64,000 bases of DNA from Prevotella sp. GTDB taxonomy: Bacteria; Bacteroidota; Bacteroidia; Bacteroidales; Bacteroidaceae. Both the position numbers and the translations under genes were made by a program. The notes under the pieces were generated by a model. The model did no database searches and was not told the origin of the DNA. It saw nothing but the letters and a program-made list of their open reading frames with translations. This document shows, piece by piece, positions 47,568 to 56,630 of the stretch. The DNA lies in assembly GCA_045597565.1 (NCBI GenBank), contig JAZLKJ010000078.1, forward strand, positions 1,232 to 65,231, in the 5' to 3' direction. Within the stretch, counting starts at the first letter, position 1, and the number at the start of each line of letters is the position of its first letter.

Positions 47568-47681
47568 TGTTAAAACGTACAAAAATGTCAAGAAGTTCGC
47601 GTCTTTGCACGTTTTAGCAGTAGTTTGTGGGTAAAGTGTACGTATTTGTAACGCTTTTCTGCTCACGTCTAACTAACTTTG
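47568..47681 (+). promoter_or_regulatory. Operator copy 3 and -7 element
   Basis: TGTTAAAACGTACAAA-N20-TTTGCACGTTTTAGCA, TACGTATTTGTAACG, TAACTTTG at 47674. Confidence 0.75.
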
Positions 47682-47710
47682 CGGTCGTAAACCAATTAAT
47701 ACCAAGTACT

Positions 47711-47824
47711 ATGAACACTATTAGCAAGAATCAACTAATCGTCTCTGTAATTAATCTTATGATGTACGGAGTGCTGGCATCTTCCATGATCCTGTCAATA
47801 ATCCTTATCCTGACTGCGGAATAG
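47711..47824 (+). CDS. 37 aa single-pass membrane microprotein B
   Basis: MNTISKNQLIVSVINLMMYGVLASSMILSIILILTAE; ATG 30 nt after the -7 box; paralog of 42867. Confidence 0.65.
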   Translation: MNTISKNQLIVSVINLMMYGVLASSMILSIILILTAE

Positions 47825-48038
47825 ATATTGGATTGAGTGTTAACTTAAATATTACTAACTAAACTTTCCCACCCTTTCATGCAAAAAACAGGAAAAACAT
47901 TTTTACCTTCATCGTTGAAATCTAAGTGATTGGTTTTTAATGTTTTTCTTGTTTTTGTCAAAAAGTTTAGTCGGAGAGGGTAATAAAAATGAAAATATGT
48001 TTGCGGAAAAGGATTTATTTTGTAACTTTGCCGCGATT

Positions 48039-49601
48039 ATGAAACAGTTTAAAGAATTACCCTTTTCGAAACTGCTGCTGACAAATGTAGCGCTGACCAT
48101 CGTGGCTACAGTAGCATGTCATGTGTTGCAGCGGTACATCCTTTTTGACATTGAGCAGACTCGAGTCTTCGTCTATGAATGGGACAAGATTGCCGACCAA
48201 CTGGCTGGCGCCGGTGGTGTAGCCGACTGTCTGGCTCTCTTTGCACAACAGTTCTTCCGACTAGAATATGCAGGACCTGCCATTATGGCAATGGTTATGC
48301 TGCTGACTGCACTTTGTATGCAGGGTGTCTGCTCTAGTGTGTCCTTTGCCCCTGAACTTGGGGCAAGGCGACCTGTCTCTGTGACCCTAACAGAGGGAGT
48401 GCTGTGCTGGCTGCCTTCTGCATTGCTGTTTGTCTATACTGAGGACGGTATCTTCTTTACCACAGGACATTTTGCCATCCTGCTGTCTGTCTTTGGACTC
48501 TGGATATACGCCTGCCTTCTTTCGGCTGCAAACAAATTCGTACGTTGGGCACTCATCCCGCTTCTTGTGCTTGCCACTGGTTTTGCCTGCTCTACCGCTG
48601 TATGGCCGATGATTGCTGCCATGGTGGTTGTGGCTGTAGTGAAGAAGAACTATGTTGACTGTGCGCTCATTCCGCTTTCTGCCGTACTGATGGTAGGCCT
48701 GGGACGCTACTTCAGTCTTGCCACAAACGAGACGGAACTGTTCTCGCCTGATGTGTTCACATACAGAAACCGCTTGGACACGGTGATGGACTGGGTATGG
48801 GCTGCTATTGTGCTCGTTACGGTAGTTGTCGCTGTGCTGAACAGGTGGAGGAACCAGAAGGTTATGAACTCAATGATTACAGCTGGTGTCGTTCTGGTAG
48901 CAGGTTTCTTCTTTACAAAAAAGATGTACGAGGGCGAGACTTCTATAGATACAAATCAGCGCTTAGCTCTTCAGAGAAACCTCGATACTGGCAACTACGA
49001 GGAAGCCTATGATTTCGCAATGGCATACAAGGAGAATGCTTATATGTCGAACATCATGTTCTATATCCGAAGCCTGAACGGAGATCTTGTGCAAGCTGTT
49101 ACTTTGTTCGGTCCGAGAGATCCTCAGGCTTTGATTATGAAGTCAAATCCGGCGCGTATTATTCGTCGCCATCTGATGTCGTTCTATTATTATCTTGGAT
49201 ATATCTATGGTGCGCAGTGTCAGGCATTTGAATACAACGAGCCTACGGAGGGCATGATGGTGCCGGAAGCCGTGAAGCTTCTTGCGAAGACCAATATCAT
49301 AATGGGTAACTATGCTGTGGCTGAAAAGTATCTGTCGCATCTAGAGAATACCATCTTCTATAGTGACTGGGCAAAAGACTATCGCAAATTCCTCTACAAC
49401 GACAGAGCTGTGGAGGCTGACAAGGAGCTTGGTCCGAGACGCAAGGGACTCAACATAGAATCCGTTCCTGATCATAAGACCCTGATAGTGGATGTCATCA
49501 GACTCATAGCAAATGCTTCGCCTGAACTGCCTGCAAAGCAGTATAAGGACGCAATGTTGCAGATGGGGGTGTATAATTACCTAAAGCCTGAGGAACAATG
49601 A
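48039..49601 (+). CDS. DUF6057-like integral membrane protein
   Basis: EQTRVFVY, GGVADCLALFAQQFF, many TM segments, C-terminal LAKTNIIMGNYAVAEKYLSHLENTIFYSDWA; -7 box at 48023-48030 supports ATG 48039. Confidence 0.7.
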   Translation: MKQFKELPFSKLLLTNVALTIVATVACHVLQRYILFDIEQTRVFVYEWDKIADQLAGAGGVADCLALFAQQFFRLEYAGPAIMAMVMLLTALCMQGVCSSVSFAPELGARRPVSVTLTEGVLCWLPSALLFVYTEDGIFFTTGHFAILLSVFGLWIYACLLSAANKFVRWALIPLLVLATGFACSTAVWPMIAAMVVVAVVKKNYVDCALIPLSAVLMVGLGRYFSLATNETELFSPDVFTYRNRLDTVMDWVWAAIVLVTVVVAVLNRWRNQKVMNSMITAGVVLVAGFFFTKKMYEGETSIDTNQRLALQRNLDTGNYEEAYDFAMAYKENAYMSNIMFYIRSLNGDLVQAVTLFGPRDPQALIMKSNPARIIRRHLMSFYYYLGYIYGAQCQAFEYNEPTEGMMVPEAVKLLAKTNIIMGNYAVAEKYLSHLENTIFYSDWAKDYRKFLYNDRAVEADKELGPRRKGLNIESVPDHKTLIVDVIRLIANASPELPAKQYKDAMLQMGVYNYLKPEEQ

Positions 49602-51118
49602 AAAGAATAAAACTATATATCAGCCTGATACTTGCATCTGCCTTTATGGCAGCATGTGGCGGTGGTGGAACCATAACAAGGAATGACGACAAGGACATCG
49701 CCATCTATCCTGACTACAAGAACGTGACGATACCGTGCAACATCGCTCCGATGAACTTCTGCGTGAAGGACTCTACTGACACGAAGTATGCTCTGCAGAT
49801 CTCTGCCGGAGAAAGAACGATGTGGGTGGATGCCGACGACAAAGATTTTAATATTGATGCCGATGACTGGAAGGCTCTCACGCAGATGAAGGCTGGCAGC
49901 ACGACACCTAAGAGTATCAGCTTCACGATAGCACGAAAGGTGAACGATGAATGGGTAGGCGGCAAGCCTTTCAAGATGACTGTCGTTGCAGACAGCATTG
50001 ACGATTATCTTACCTACCGTCTTGTTCCACCTGGATATGTTTCATGGTACAAGATGGGTATCTATCAGCATCAGCTCTCTACTTCAGAGGAATCTGTTGT
50101 CATGGAGAATAGTCATTTGAACGGTGCTTGCATGAACTGTCATACCGTTGGCTCGCATCGCTCTGACCGCACGCTCTTCCATATCCGTTCGTACTATGGT
50201 GGTACTTATCTGTTCCGTAACGGCAAGATTGAGCGTCTTGAGGCAAAGACTGATTCTACAATCTCTGCGTTTGTCTATCCTTCATGGCATCCGGACGGGC
50301 GCTACATTGCTTTCTCTAACAACAAGACTGCTCAGGAGTTTCATACCTCAGACAGAAACCGCATCGAGGTTTTTGATGATGGCTCGGACGTTATCATGTA
50401 CGATGCTGACAAGCATGAGGCATTCAGTACTCCTCTCCTGAAGAGTGAAGACTATTGGGAAACATTCCCTTCTTTCTCGCCAGACGGCAAGTGGCTCTAT
50501 TTCTGCAAGGCTAAGCGCGTACGTGAAGTTAGCCTGAACTTCAAGGATGTGCACTATTCGCTCTGCCGAATAGCGTTCGATGCAGAGAAGGCTGAGTTTG
50601 GCACTGAGGTGGAAACGCTTTATGACGCAGAGGAAACAGGTAGGAGCATTTCTTTCCCACGTGTTTCGCCAGACGGCAAATGGATAATTGCTACTATTCA
50701 CGATTACGGTAACTTCAGTATCTGGCACAGGAATGCCGAGCTCTATATCGCTCCACTACCAGAGGCTGGTGCTACGGAAACCTCATCTACTCTTCTGGAC
50801 TGGAAGAAACTGTTTGGCAATGATTGGGGTAAGGGCGGTTGCTCTTACCACTCATGGAGCAGCAACGGCAGATGGCTTGTGTTCAGCAGTCGTCGCGACG
50901 ATGGCCTCTACACTCGCCCATACTTTACATATATGGACAAGGATGCCAAGCCGCACAAGCCGTTTATGCTGCCACAGGAGAATCCGCGTCAGTTCTATCT
51001 ACAGCGCGACATGAGTTATAACATTCCTGAGTTCATGACTTCACGCTTTAACACTCCAATGCGCGACATCATTGAGGCTACTAAGCAGGATTCCATACAG
51101 GTTACTTATAGGAAGTAA
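49598..51118 (+). CDS. TolB-like / PD40 beta-propeller lipoprotein with a CxxCH motif
   Basis: Lipobox MAAC; IYPDYKNVTIPCNIAPMNF; CMNCH; YPSWHPDGRYIAFS, FPSFSPDGKWLYF, FPRVSPDGKW, HSWSSNGRWLVFSSRR repeats; overlaps the upstream stop. Confidence 0.8.
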   Translation: MKRIKLYISLILASAFMAACGGGGTITRNDDKDIAIYPDYKNVTIPCNIAPMNFCVKDSTDTKYALQISAGERTMWVDADDKDFNIDADDWKALTQMKAGSTTPKSISFTIARKVNDEWVGGKPFKMTVVADSIDDYLTYRLVPPGYVSWYKMGIYQHQLSTSEESVVMENSHLNGACMNCHTVGSHRSDRTLFHIRSYYGGTYLFRNGKIERLEAKTDSTISAFVYPSWHPDGRYIAFSNNKTAQEFHTSDRNRIEVFDDGSDVIMYDADKHEAFSTPLLKSEDYWETFPSFSPDGKWLYFCKAKRVREVSLNFKDVHYSLCRIAFDAEKAEFGTEVETLYDAEETGRSISFPRVSPDGKWIIATIHDYGNFSIWHRNAELYIAPLPEAGATETSSTLLDWKKLFGNDWGKGGCSYHSWSSNGRWLVFSSRRDDGLYTRPYFTYMDKDAKPHKPFMLPQENPRQFYLQRDMSYNIPEFMTSRFNTPMRDIIEATKQDSIQVTYRK

Positions 51119-51146
51119 GTGGTTTATTGTGATTAAAGAAAACGCA

Positions 51147-52280
51147 ATGTTTAAGCTCCATTACGACTATCTCATAGTTGGCTCCGGTCTGTTTGGTGCT
51201 GTGTGTGCCTGGCGCCTGAAGAATACTGGTAAGAAATGCCTGGTAATCGATAAGCGCGAGCATCTCGGCGGCAATGTCTATTGCGAGCAGATGGAAGGCA
51301 TCAATGTGCATAAATACGGTGCGCATATCTTCCATACTTCCAACAAGCAGGTATGGGACTTCGTGAACTCCATCGTTGAGTTCAATCGCTATACCAATTC
51401 GCCGGTGGCAAACTATAAGGGCAAGCTCTACAACCTGCCGTTCAACATGAACACGTTCTACCAGATGTGGGGTGTGCGCACTCCGCAGGAGGCAGAGGAA
51501 CGCCTGGAGCTTCAGCGAGCCGAAGCGGTTCAAAGTTTAAGGGAACAAGGGGTTCAAGAGCCGAGAAACCTGGAAGAGCAGGCGAAGCTTCTCATAGGCA
51601 AGGATATCTATGAGGCTCTGATAAAGGGATATACCGAGAAGCAGTGGGGTAGGGCATGCACTGATCTCCCTGCTTTCATCATCCGCCGACTGCCGGTGCG
51701 CATGGTCTTCGACAATAACTACTTCAACGATAAGTATCAGGGCATTCCTGTTGGTGGATATAATAAACTCATTGAAGGACTGCTGGAAGGTGTGGACGTA
51801 AGGACTGGCTGCGATTTCTTCGCCCTACAGGAGGGATGGCGGGGGATAGCTTCGCGACTGATTTACACTGGTCCGATAGACGAATACTTCAAATATTCTG
51901 AGGGTAAGCTGCAGTATCGTACAGTATCTTTTGAAACTTCTGTTGAAGATATGCCAAACTATCAGGGTAATGCTGTGGTAAATTATACGGAACGTGAAGT
52001 GCCTTACACCAGAATCATTGAGCATAAGCACTTTGAGATGTTCGGCAACGAGGTTTACTCTTGCCCGAAGACCGTGATAAGCAAGGAATACTCTACGGAG
52101 TGGAAACCGGGCATGGAGCCGTATTATCCCGTAAACGACGAGCGGAACAATGCTCTCGCCGAGAAATATCGTGCTATGGCGGCACAGGAAAAGGACGTGA
52201 TCTTCGGCGGTCGTCTTGCGGAATACAAATACTACGACATGGCGCCCGTGATAGAAAAAGCACTGAGCGTGGAGCTTTAA
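51147..52280 (+). CDS. glf: UDP-galactopyranose mutase
   Basis: YDYLIVGSGLFG, HKYGAHIFHT, YTEKQWG, YFNDKYQGIP, EPYYPVND, GRLAEYKYYDM. Confidence 0.95.
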   Translation: MFKLHYDYLIVGSGLFGAVCAWRLKNTGKKCLVIDKREHLGGNVYCEQMEGINVHKYGAHIFHTSNKQVWDFVNSIVEFNRYTNSPVANYKGKLYNLPFNMNTFYQMWGVRTPQEAEERLELQRAEAVQSLREQGVQEPRNLEEQAKLLIGKDIYEALIKGYTEKQWGRACTDLPAFIIRRLPVRMVFDNNYFNDKYQGIPVGGYNKLIEGLLEGVDVRTGCDFFALQEGWRGIASRLIYTGPIDEYFKYSEGKLQYRTVSFETSVEDMPNYQGNAVVNYTEREVPYTRIIEHKHFEMFGNEVYSCPKTVISKEYSTEWKPGMEPYYPVNDERNNALAEKYRAMAAQEKDVIFGGRLAEYKYYDMAPVIEKALSVEL

Positions 52281-52284
52281 AAGC

Positions 52285-52410
52285 TGGAATTTTGTGATTT
52301 TTTGGCTGTAAAAGGTTGGAATTTTGTGATTATTGGGCAGAAAAAAGCTGGAATTTTGTGATTTTTTTGCGTATAAATGTTTGGAATTTTGTGATAATAT
52401 TGTAACTTTG
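52285..52410 (+). repeat. Four phased 14-bp direct repeats ending at a -7 promoter box
   Basis: TGGAATTTTGTGAT at 52285, 52317, 52349 and 52382 (periods 32, 32, 33); TAACTTTG at 52403. Confidence 0.88.
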
Positions 52411-52434
52411 CACTGATTTTTCAGGCCGTTATTA

Positions 52435-53787
52435 ATGCTTAGACGAAAGATTACAAAGATTTTGGAAGACTGGTGTCAGAGGAAAGGCCATAAACCTATG
52501 ATACTGAGTGGAGCGAGACAGGTAGGCAAGACCATATCTGTCCGTGAGTTTGCTTTTGCTAACTACAAAACTGTCGTAGAGATAAATTTTGCTCTTCAAA
52601 GTCAGTTTAAGACAATCTTCGATCAGGGTTTTGATGTAGATGATATAGTAAAGAATATTACTTCCATCAGACCAGATGCAATATTTGAACCTCATGAAAC
52701 TTTAATCTTCTTTGATGAGCTGCAAGAATGTCCAAACTGTGCTACAAGTTTGAAATCTTTTCATCTTGACGGTCGCTATGATGTTATTTGCAGTGGATCG
52801 TTGATGGGAATACATTATAAGGAAATTGATTCTAATAGTGTAGGTTTCAAAGAAGATGTTACCATGCGTGCTCTTGACTTTGAAGAGTTTCTTTGGGGAA
52901 AGGGCTATGATGAAGATTTTGTGGAAGGTCTGCTTGAAAGTATGTTGAATGTGAAGCCGCTCTCAAGTACTATTATGGGGATGCTCGATGTCCTGTTCAA
53001 GGAGTACATGCTGGTGGGAGGCATGCCAGAAGTTGCATACAAGTTTACTCAGCAGAATACATTCAATGGCATATTGGATCTTCAGCGTCAGTTGTTGAAA
53101 GACTATGAAGATGACATAACCAAATATGCAAAGAATATTGACAAAGCAAAGATAAAGGCTATTTATCGCCATCTGCCAGTTTTCCTCGCAAAAGAGAATA
53201 AGAAATTCCAGATTTCAAAAGTTGCAGCTGGAGCAAGATCCAGAGAATATGTAGGGGTAAATGAATGGCTTGATGATGCGAAGATTGTGAATATCTGCTA
53301 TTGCCTGGAACAACCGGAACTACCACTTGGTGGAAACTATACTATCAATAACTACAAGATGTATTATCACGACATAGGTTTGCTTATTGCTGCGTTGGAT
53401 AAAGAGGCTCAGATGGATTTGTATGAAAACAAGAATTTCAATACTTACAAGGGAGCTATTTATGAGAATGTGGTGGCAAATGCACTTGTAGGACAAGGTT
53501 ATAATCTTTACTTCTATCGTAACGAAAAGAGTACGTTGGAGATGGATTTCTTTGTTCGTGATATGCACTCGCTGATACCTGTAGAGGTGAAAGCAAAAGA
53601 CGGAGCTACACTGAGTCTTAATAAACTGATAGAATCTGATAAATTCGAAGATATCAAGTACGGCATAAAGTTTGGTAATAAGAATATTGGATTTAATGGA
53701 AAATTCTACACATTCCCGTATGCTCTGACTTTCTTGCTAGGTAGGTATCTGGAGAAAAGAAAAGTGAAAAATGAAAAATTAATATAA
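52435..53787 (+). CDS. AAA_14 / DUF4143-type ATP-binding protein
   Basis: Walker A GARQVGKT, Walker B IFFDELQ, SGSL, YMLVGGMPE, KMYYHDIGL, C-terminal EMDF...PVEVKA nuclease-like motif. Confidence 0.88.
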   Translation: MLRRKITKILEDWCQRKGHKPMILSGARQVGKTISVREFAFANYKTVVEINFALQSQFKTIFDQGFDVDDIVKNITSIRPDAIFEPHETLIFFDELQECPNCATSLKSFHLDGRYDVICSGSLMGIHYKEIDSNSVGFKEDVTMRALDFEEFLWGKGYDEDFVEGLLESMLNVKPLSSTIMGMLDVLFKEYMLVGGMPEVAYKFTQQNTFNGILDLQRQLLKDYEDDITKYAKNIDKAKIKAIYRHLPVFLAKENKKFQISKVAAGARSREYVGVNEWLDDAKIVNICYCLEQPELPLGGNYTINNYKMYYHDIGLLIAALDKEAQMDLYENKNFNTYKGAIYENVVANALVGQGYNLYFYRNEKSTLEMDFFVRDMHSLIPVEVKAKDGATLSLNKLIESDKFEDIKYGIKFGNKNIGFNGKFYTFPYALTFLLGRYLEKRKVKNEKLI

Positions 53788-53789
53788 AA

Positions 53790-54374
53790 ATGAGAAAGTA
53801 TTCAGTTTATGCAATTTTGCTTGCAGTGGCATCTTTCGTGATGTCTTGCAATGGTAATCAGAATGCTGATCAGACGGCAGATAAAGAAACTACTGATGTA
53901 GTGGAGAATGCTGATACAGCGAATGTGGCGGCAGATACAACAGAGGCTGTAGCAGCTGCAGAAGAACAGGCCGCAGCAGAGCAGGCAAAGAAAGATGCCG
54001 ACGCCGAAGTGATAAAGAAATTCCTTGCTGCAATCTATAAGCCTGGTGGCGCTTCAAAGATATTTGAAGACAGTTGGGTTCGCAAACACTGCACTCCAAA
54101 AATGCAGAAAATCCTTCGTGATGAATATATGTATGACGGACAAGGTTGGGGCAGTTGGATAATCGGTGGCTGGGAGGCTGGCGAAGAAACAGAAACAAAG
54201 CTTACAGGTATCACTTACGATGGACAGTACTTTTATGCTACTTTGGTTCCGACTGGTTATTCAAAGGATTATGTCAAAGGCAAGATAGTTATACGTCTTG
54301 AAGTGAACCTTGTTGACGGCACTCCTGTAATAAACGACTGCAAGTGGACACGGAACTTCAAGTACAACGATTAG
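53790..54374 (+). CDS. Hypothetical lipoprotein
   Basis: Lipobox VMSC, Ala/Glu/Thr-rich linker and small globular domain; starts 3 nt after the ATPase stop. Confidence 0.75.
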   Translation: MRKYSVYAILLAVASFVMSCNGNQNADQTADKETTDVVENADTANVAADTTEAVAAAEEQAAAEQAKKDADAEVIKKFLAAIYKPGGASKIFEDSWVRKHCTPKMQKILRDEYMYDGQGWGSWIIGGWEAGEETETKLTGITYDGQYFYATLVPTGYSKDYVKGKIVIRLEVNLVDGTPVINDCKWTRNFKYND

Positions 54375-54375
54375 T

Positions 54376-55515
54376 GTGATTATGGCAGCGATGTGTGACC
54401 CAGACAAGTGCACGGGTTGTGGACTCTGTGCGAGTATGTGCCGTTCGCAAGCCATAACAATGGTGTGCAAGCGACATGGGCATCTTTATCCGCAAATATA
54501 CAAAGAAAAATGTACAAACTGTGGACTTTGCAAACAGATTTGTCCTGCCAATTCAAACATAAGGAAAGTAATACCGCAGCATGCTTTTGCAGCATGGAGT
54601 AAGGATTATAAAGAATACACGACCAGTACTTCTGGAGGAGCATCGGCTGAATTGGCAAAATTTTTTATCGCACGTGGTGGTGTTGTTTATGGATGTACAA
54701 TAAAAGAAGGGGTAAAGGCTGAACATATTAGGGTGGAGAATGCCAAAGACCTGCCATTGATAAAAGGATCGAAGTACGTTCAGAGTAACATGGTAAATGC
54801 TATTCCCCTGATAAGGGAAGATGTTCGCAGGGGTAAAGACGTGTTATTTTTAGGTACGCCTTGTCAGGTCGGAGCACTAAGACGCTTGATACCAGAGACC
54901 AATCCGCATTTGTTTTTGGTTGATCTCATTTGTCACGGAGTTCCTTCTCAAAAGATGCTATACAATCACATCTCTAAAATCGTCATCCCAAACAGTTTGA
55001 CAAGGATATGTTTTAGGAATGGCAAGGACTTAGAAATGTCCATATATTCTGGTAACAAACTGGTTTATTGTTCAGATGCATACAATCAACCATATAGGGA
55101 TAGTTACTACGCAGCTTTCGTAGAAGGTTTTTCTTTCCGTTCTTCATGCTATTCATGCCCATATGCTGAGAGCAAACGATGTGGTGATCTTACCATAGGA
55201 GACTTTTGGGGATTGAAAGATGAAGAGAAATCTATTCCTGAGCATCCGCACGGATGTTCGCTTATTCTCTCTATGACAGAGAAAGGACAGAGGCTGATTA
55301 ATGGTATCTCAAATAACATGAATATGTTTGAACGGCCTTTAGAAGAGGCTATAGCGGGGAATTCACAACTCAGAGGTCCAAGTAGGCTAACGCTAAGGAA
55401 ACGTATTTACAGAGGATTAAGATTATACAATAGTCCAACATACATATATTTGCTCTCACATCTTGACATAATAATTAAAAAGAGAATCTATAAATTTCTT
55501 AAAACTCCAAAATAA
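54376..55515 (+). CDS. 4Fe-4S protein with coenzyme F420 hydrogenase beta-subunit-like domains
   Basis: CTGCGLCASMC, CTNCGLCKQICP, STSGG, GSKYVQS, GTPCQV, DLICHGVPS, SCYSCPY, GDLTIGDFWG. Start may be ATG 54382. Confidence 0.88.
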   Translation: MIMAAMCDPDKCTGCGLCASMCRSQAITMVCKRHGHLYPQIYKEKCTNCGLCKQICPANSNIRKVIPQHAFAAWSKDYKEYTTSTSGGASAELAKFFIARGGVVYGCTIKEGVKAEHIRVENAKDLPLIKGSKYVQSNMVNAIPLIREDVRRGKDVLFLGTPCQVGALRRLIPETNPHLFLVDLICHGVPSQKMLYNHISKIVIPNSLTRICFRNGKDLEMSIYSGNKLVYCSDAYNQPYRDSYYAAFVEGFSFRSSCYSCPYAESKRCGDLTIGDFWGLKDEEKSIPEHPHGCSLILSMTEKGQRLINGISNNMNMFERPLEEAIAGNSQLRGPSRLTLRKRIYRGLRLYNSPTYIYLLSHLDIIIKKRIYKFLKTPK

Positions 55516-55520
55516 AACGA

Positions 55521-56630
55521 ATGACGAAGAAGAAGGTTGGAATACTTACATTTCATGCAGCTCATAATTATGGGTCTATGCTTCAGACATACGCTCTCCA
55601 GAGATTCGTTGAAAGTAAAGGGTATGAAGTGACGATATTGAATCTTCGTCCGTGTGCACAGAGGTTCATGTACATACATCCACTGCAATATGTAACCCGC
55701 AGAAGAATGAAAGGTCTTTTGTTTCACACAAAACTGGCAGTACAGAATATAAAGAAGTGGTATCTCTTTGAAAAATTCATGAGATCAGAAATGAACCTAT
55801 CTCCAGAATTCATACATATATCGCAGCTTGAACATTATATACAATCCAATGACTTTCATGCGGTAATTACTGGTGGAGACCAAATATGGAATGTAGATGC
55901 GCAGGATTTTTCTATAGCTTATCTCCTGCCATTCAGTTTCAATAAAACAAGAAAGATAGCGTATTCTCCTTCCTTCGGCAACTGTGAGGAATGGAAACCT
56001 AAGGATTGCGAAATACTGCTGAAATCATTACTCCACGATTACGATAGTCTTTCGGTACGAGACGAGTCAGGATGTGAATACCTTTCGGATTTGTTGGAAG
56101 AAAAAGTACGCTGTGTTGCAGATCCCGCCTTTCTTCTTAGCAAAGAGGATTATGATGAGTTAGCAGGCAATACCCCCTTGATAAACAGGGATTATATGCT
56201 ATACTATTCTCCAAATCCAGACAGTGAGATTGAAGAAATAGCCATAAACTATGCTCATAAGCATAACATAGACATTATCAATACGACAGGAGAGTATTAC
56301 GATGGTAAGGGGATGACACATCGCAATAATATCGGTCCGAAAGAATTCCTGAACCTTTTGAAGCATGCGAAGGTGGTATGTGGAAAATCTTTCCATCTCA
56401 TCGTGTTCTGCCTGATTCTTCAAAAGCAGTTCATTGCAGTCTCTGGTCATTCTGACGCAAGGCAAATTAGTATTCTGCAAAAAGTGAATCTCCTGAATCA
56501 TGCTATTGAAAAAGGTGATGATGCTGCAAATTTCACCCTTTGTGATATTGATTGGAACGAAGTGAACAGTCTTCTATGTAAATATATAAAAGACAGCGAT
56601 GAATATCTAACCAACTCACTATCAGTATGA
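55521..56630 (+). CDS. Polysaccharide pyruvyl transferase family protein
   Basis: GILTFH..HNYGSMLQTYAL, TGGDQIWN, IAYSPSFG, LSVRD, DPAFLL, GPKEFL, SFH. Confidence 0.9.
   Translation: MTKKKVGILTFHAAHNYGSMLQTYALQRFVESKGYEVTILNLRPCAQRFMYIHPLQYVTRRRMKGLLFHTKLAVQNIKKWYLFEKFMRSEMNLSPEFIHISQLEHYIQSNDFHAVITGGDQIWNVDAQDFSIAYLLPFSFNKTRKIAYSPSFGNCEEWKPKDCEILLKSLLHDYDSLSVRDESGCEYLSDLLEEKVRCVADPAFLLSKEDYDELAGNTPLINRDYMLYYSPNPDSEIEEIAINYAHKHNIDIINTTGEYYDGKGMTHRNNIGPKEFLNLLKHAKVVCGKSFHLIVFCLILQKQFIAVSGHSDARQISILQKVNLLNHAIEKGDDAANFTLCDIDWNEVNSLLCKYIKDSDEYLTNSLSV

Noticed and set aside
26528..47619. Invertible (phase-variable) promoters
   Set aside because: The inverted repeats enclose only 20-21 nt and not the -7 box, and no recombinase gene is present.
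52285..52395. Possible mini-CRISPR array
   Set aside because: 14-nt non-palindromic repeats with 18-19 nt AT-rich spacers and no cas genes; kept as a regulatory repeat instead.
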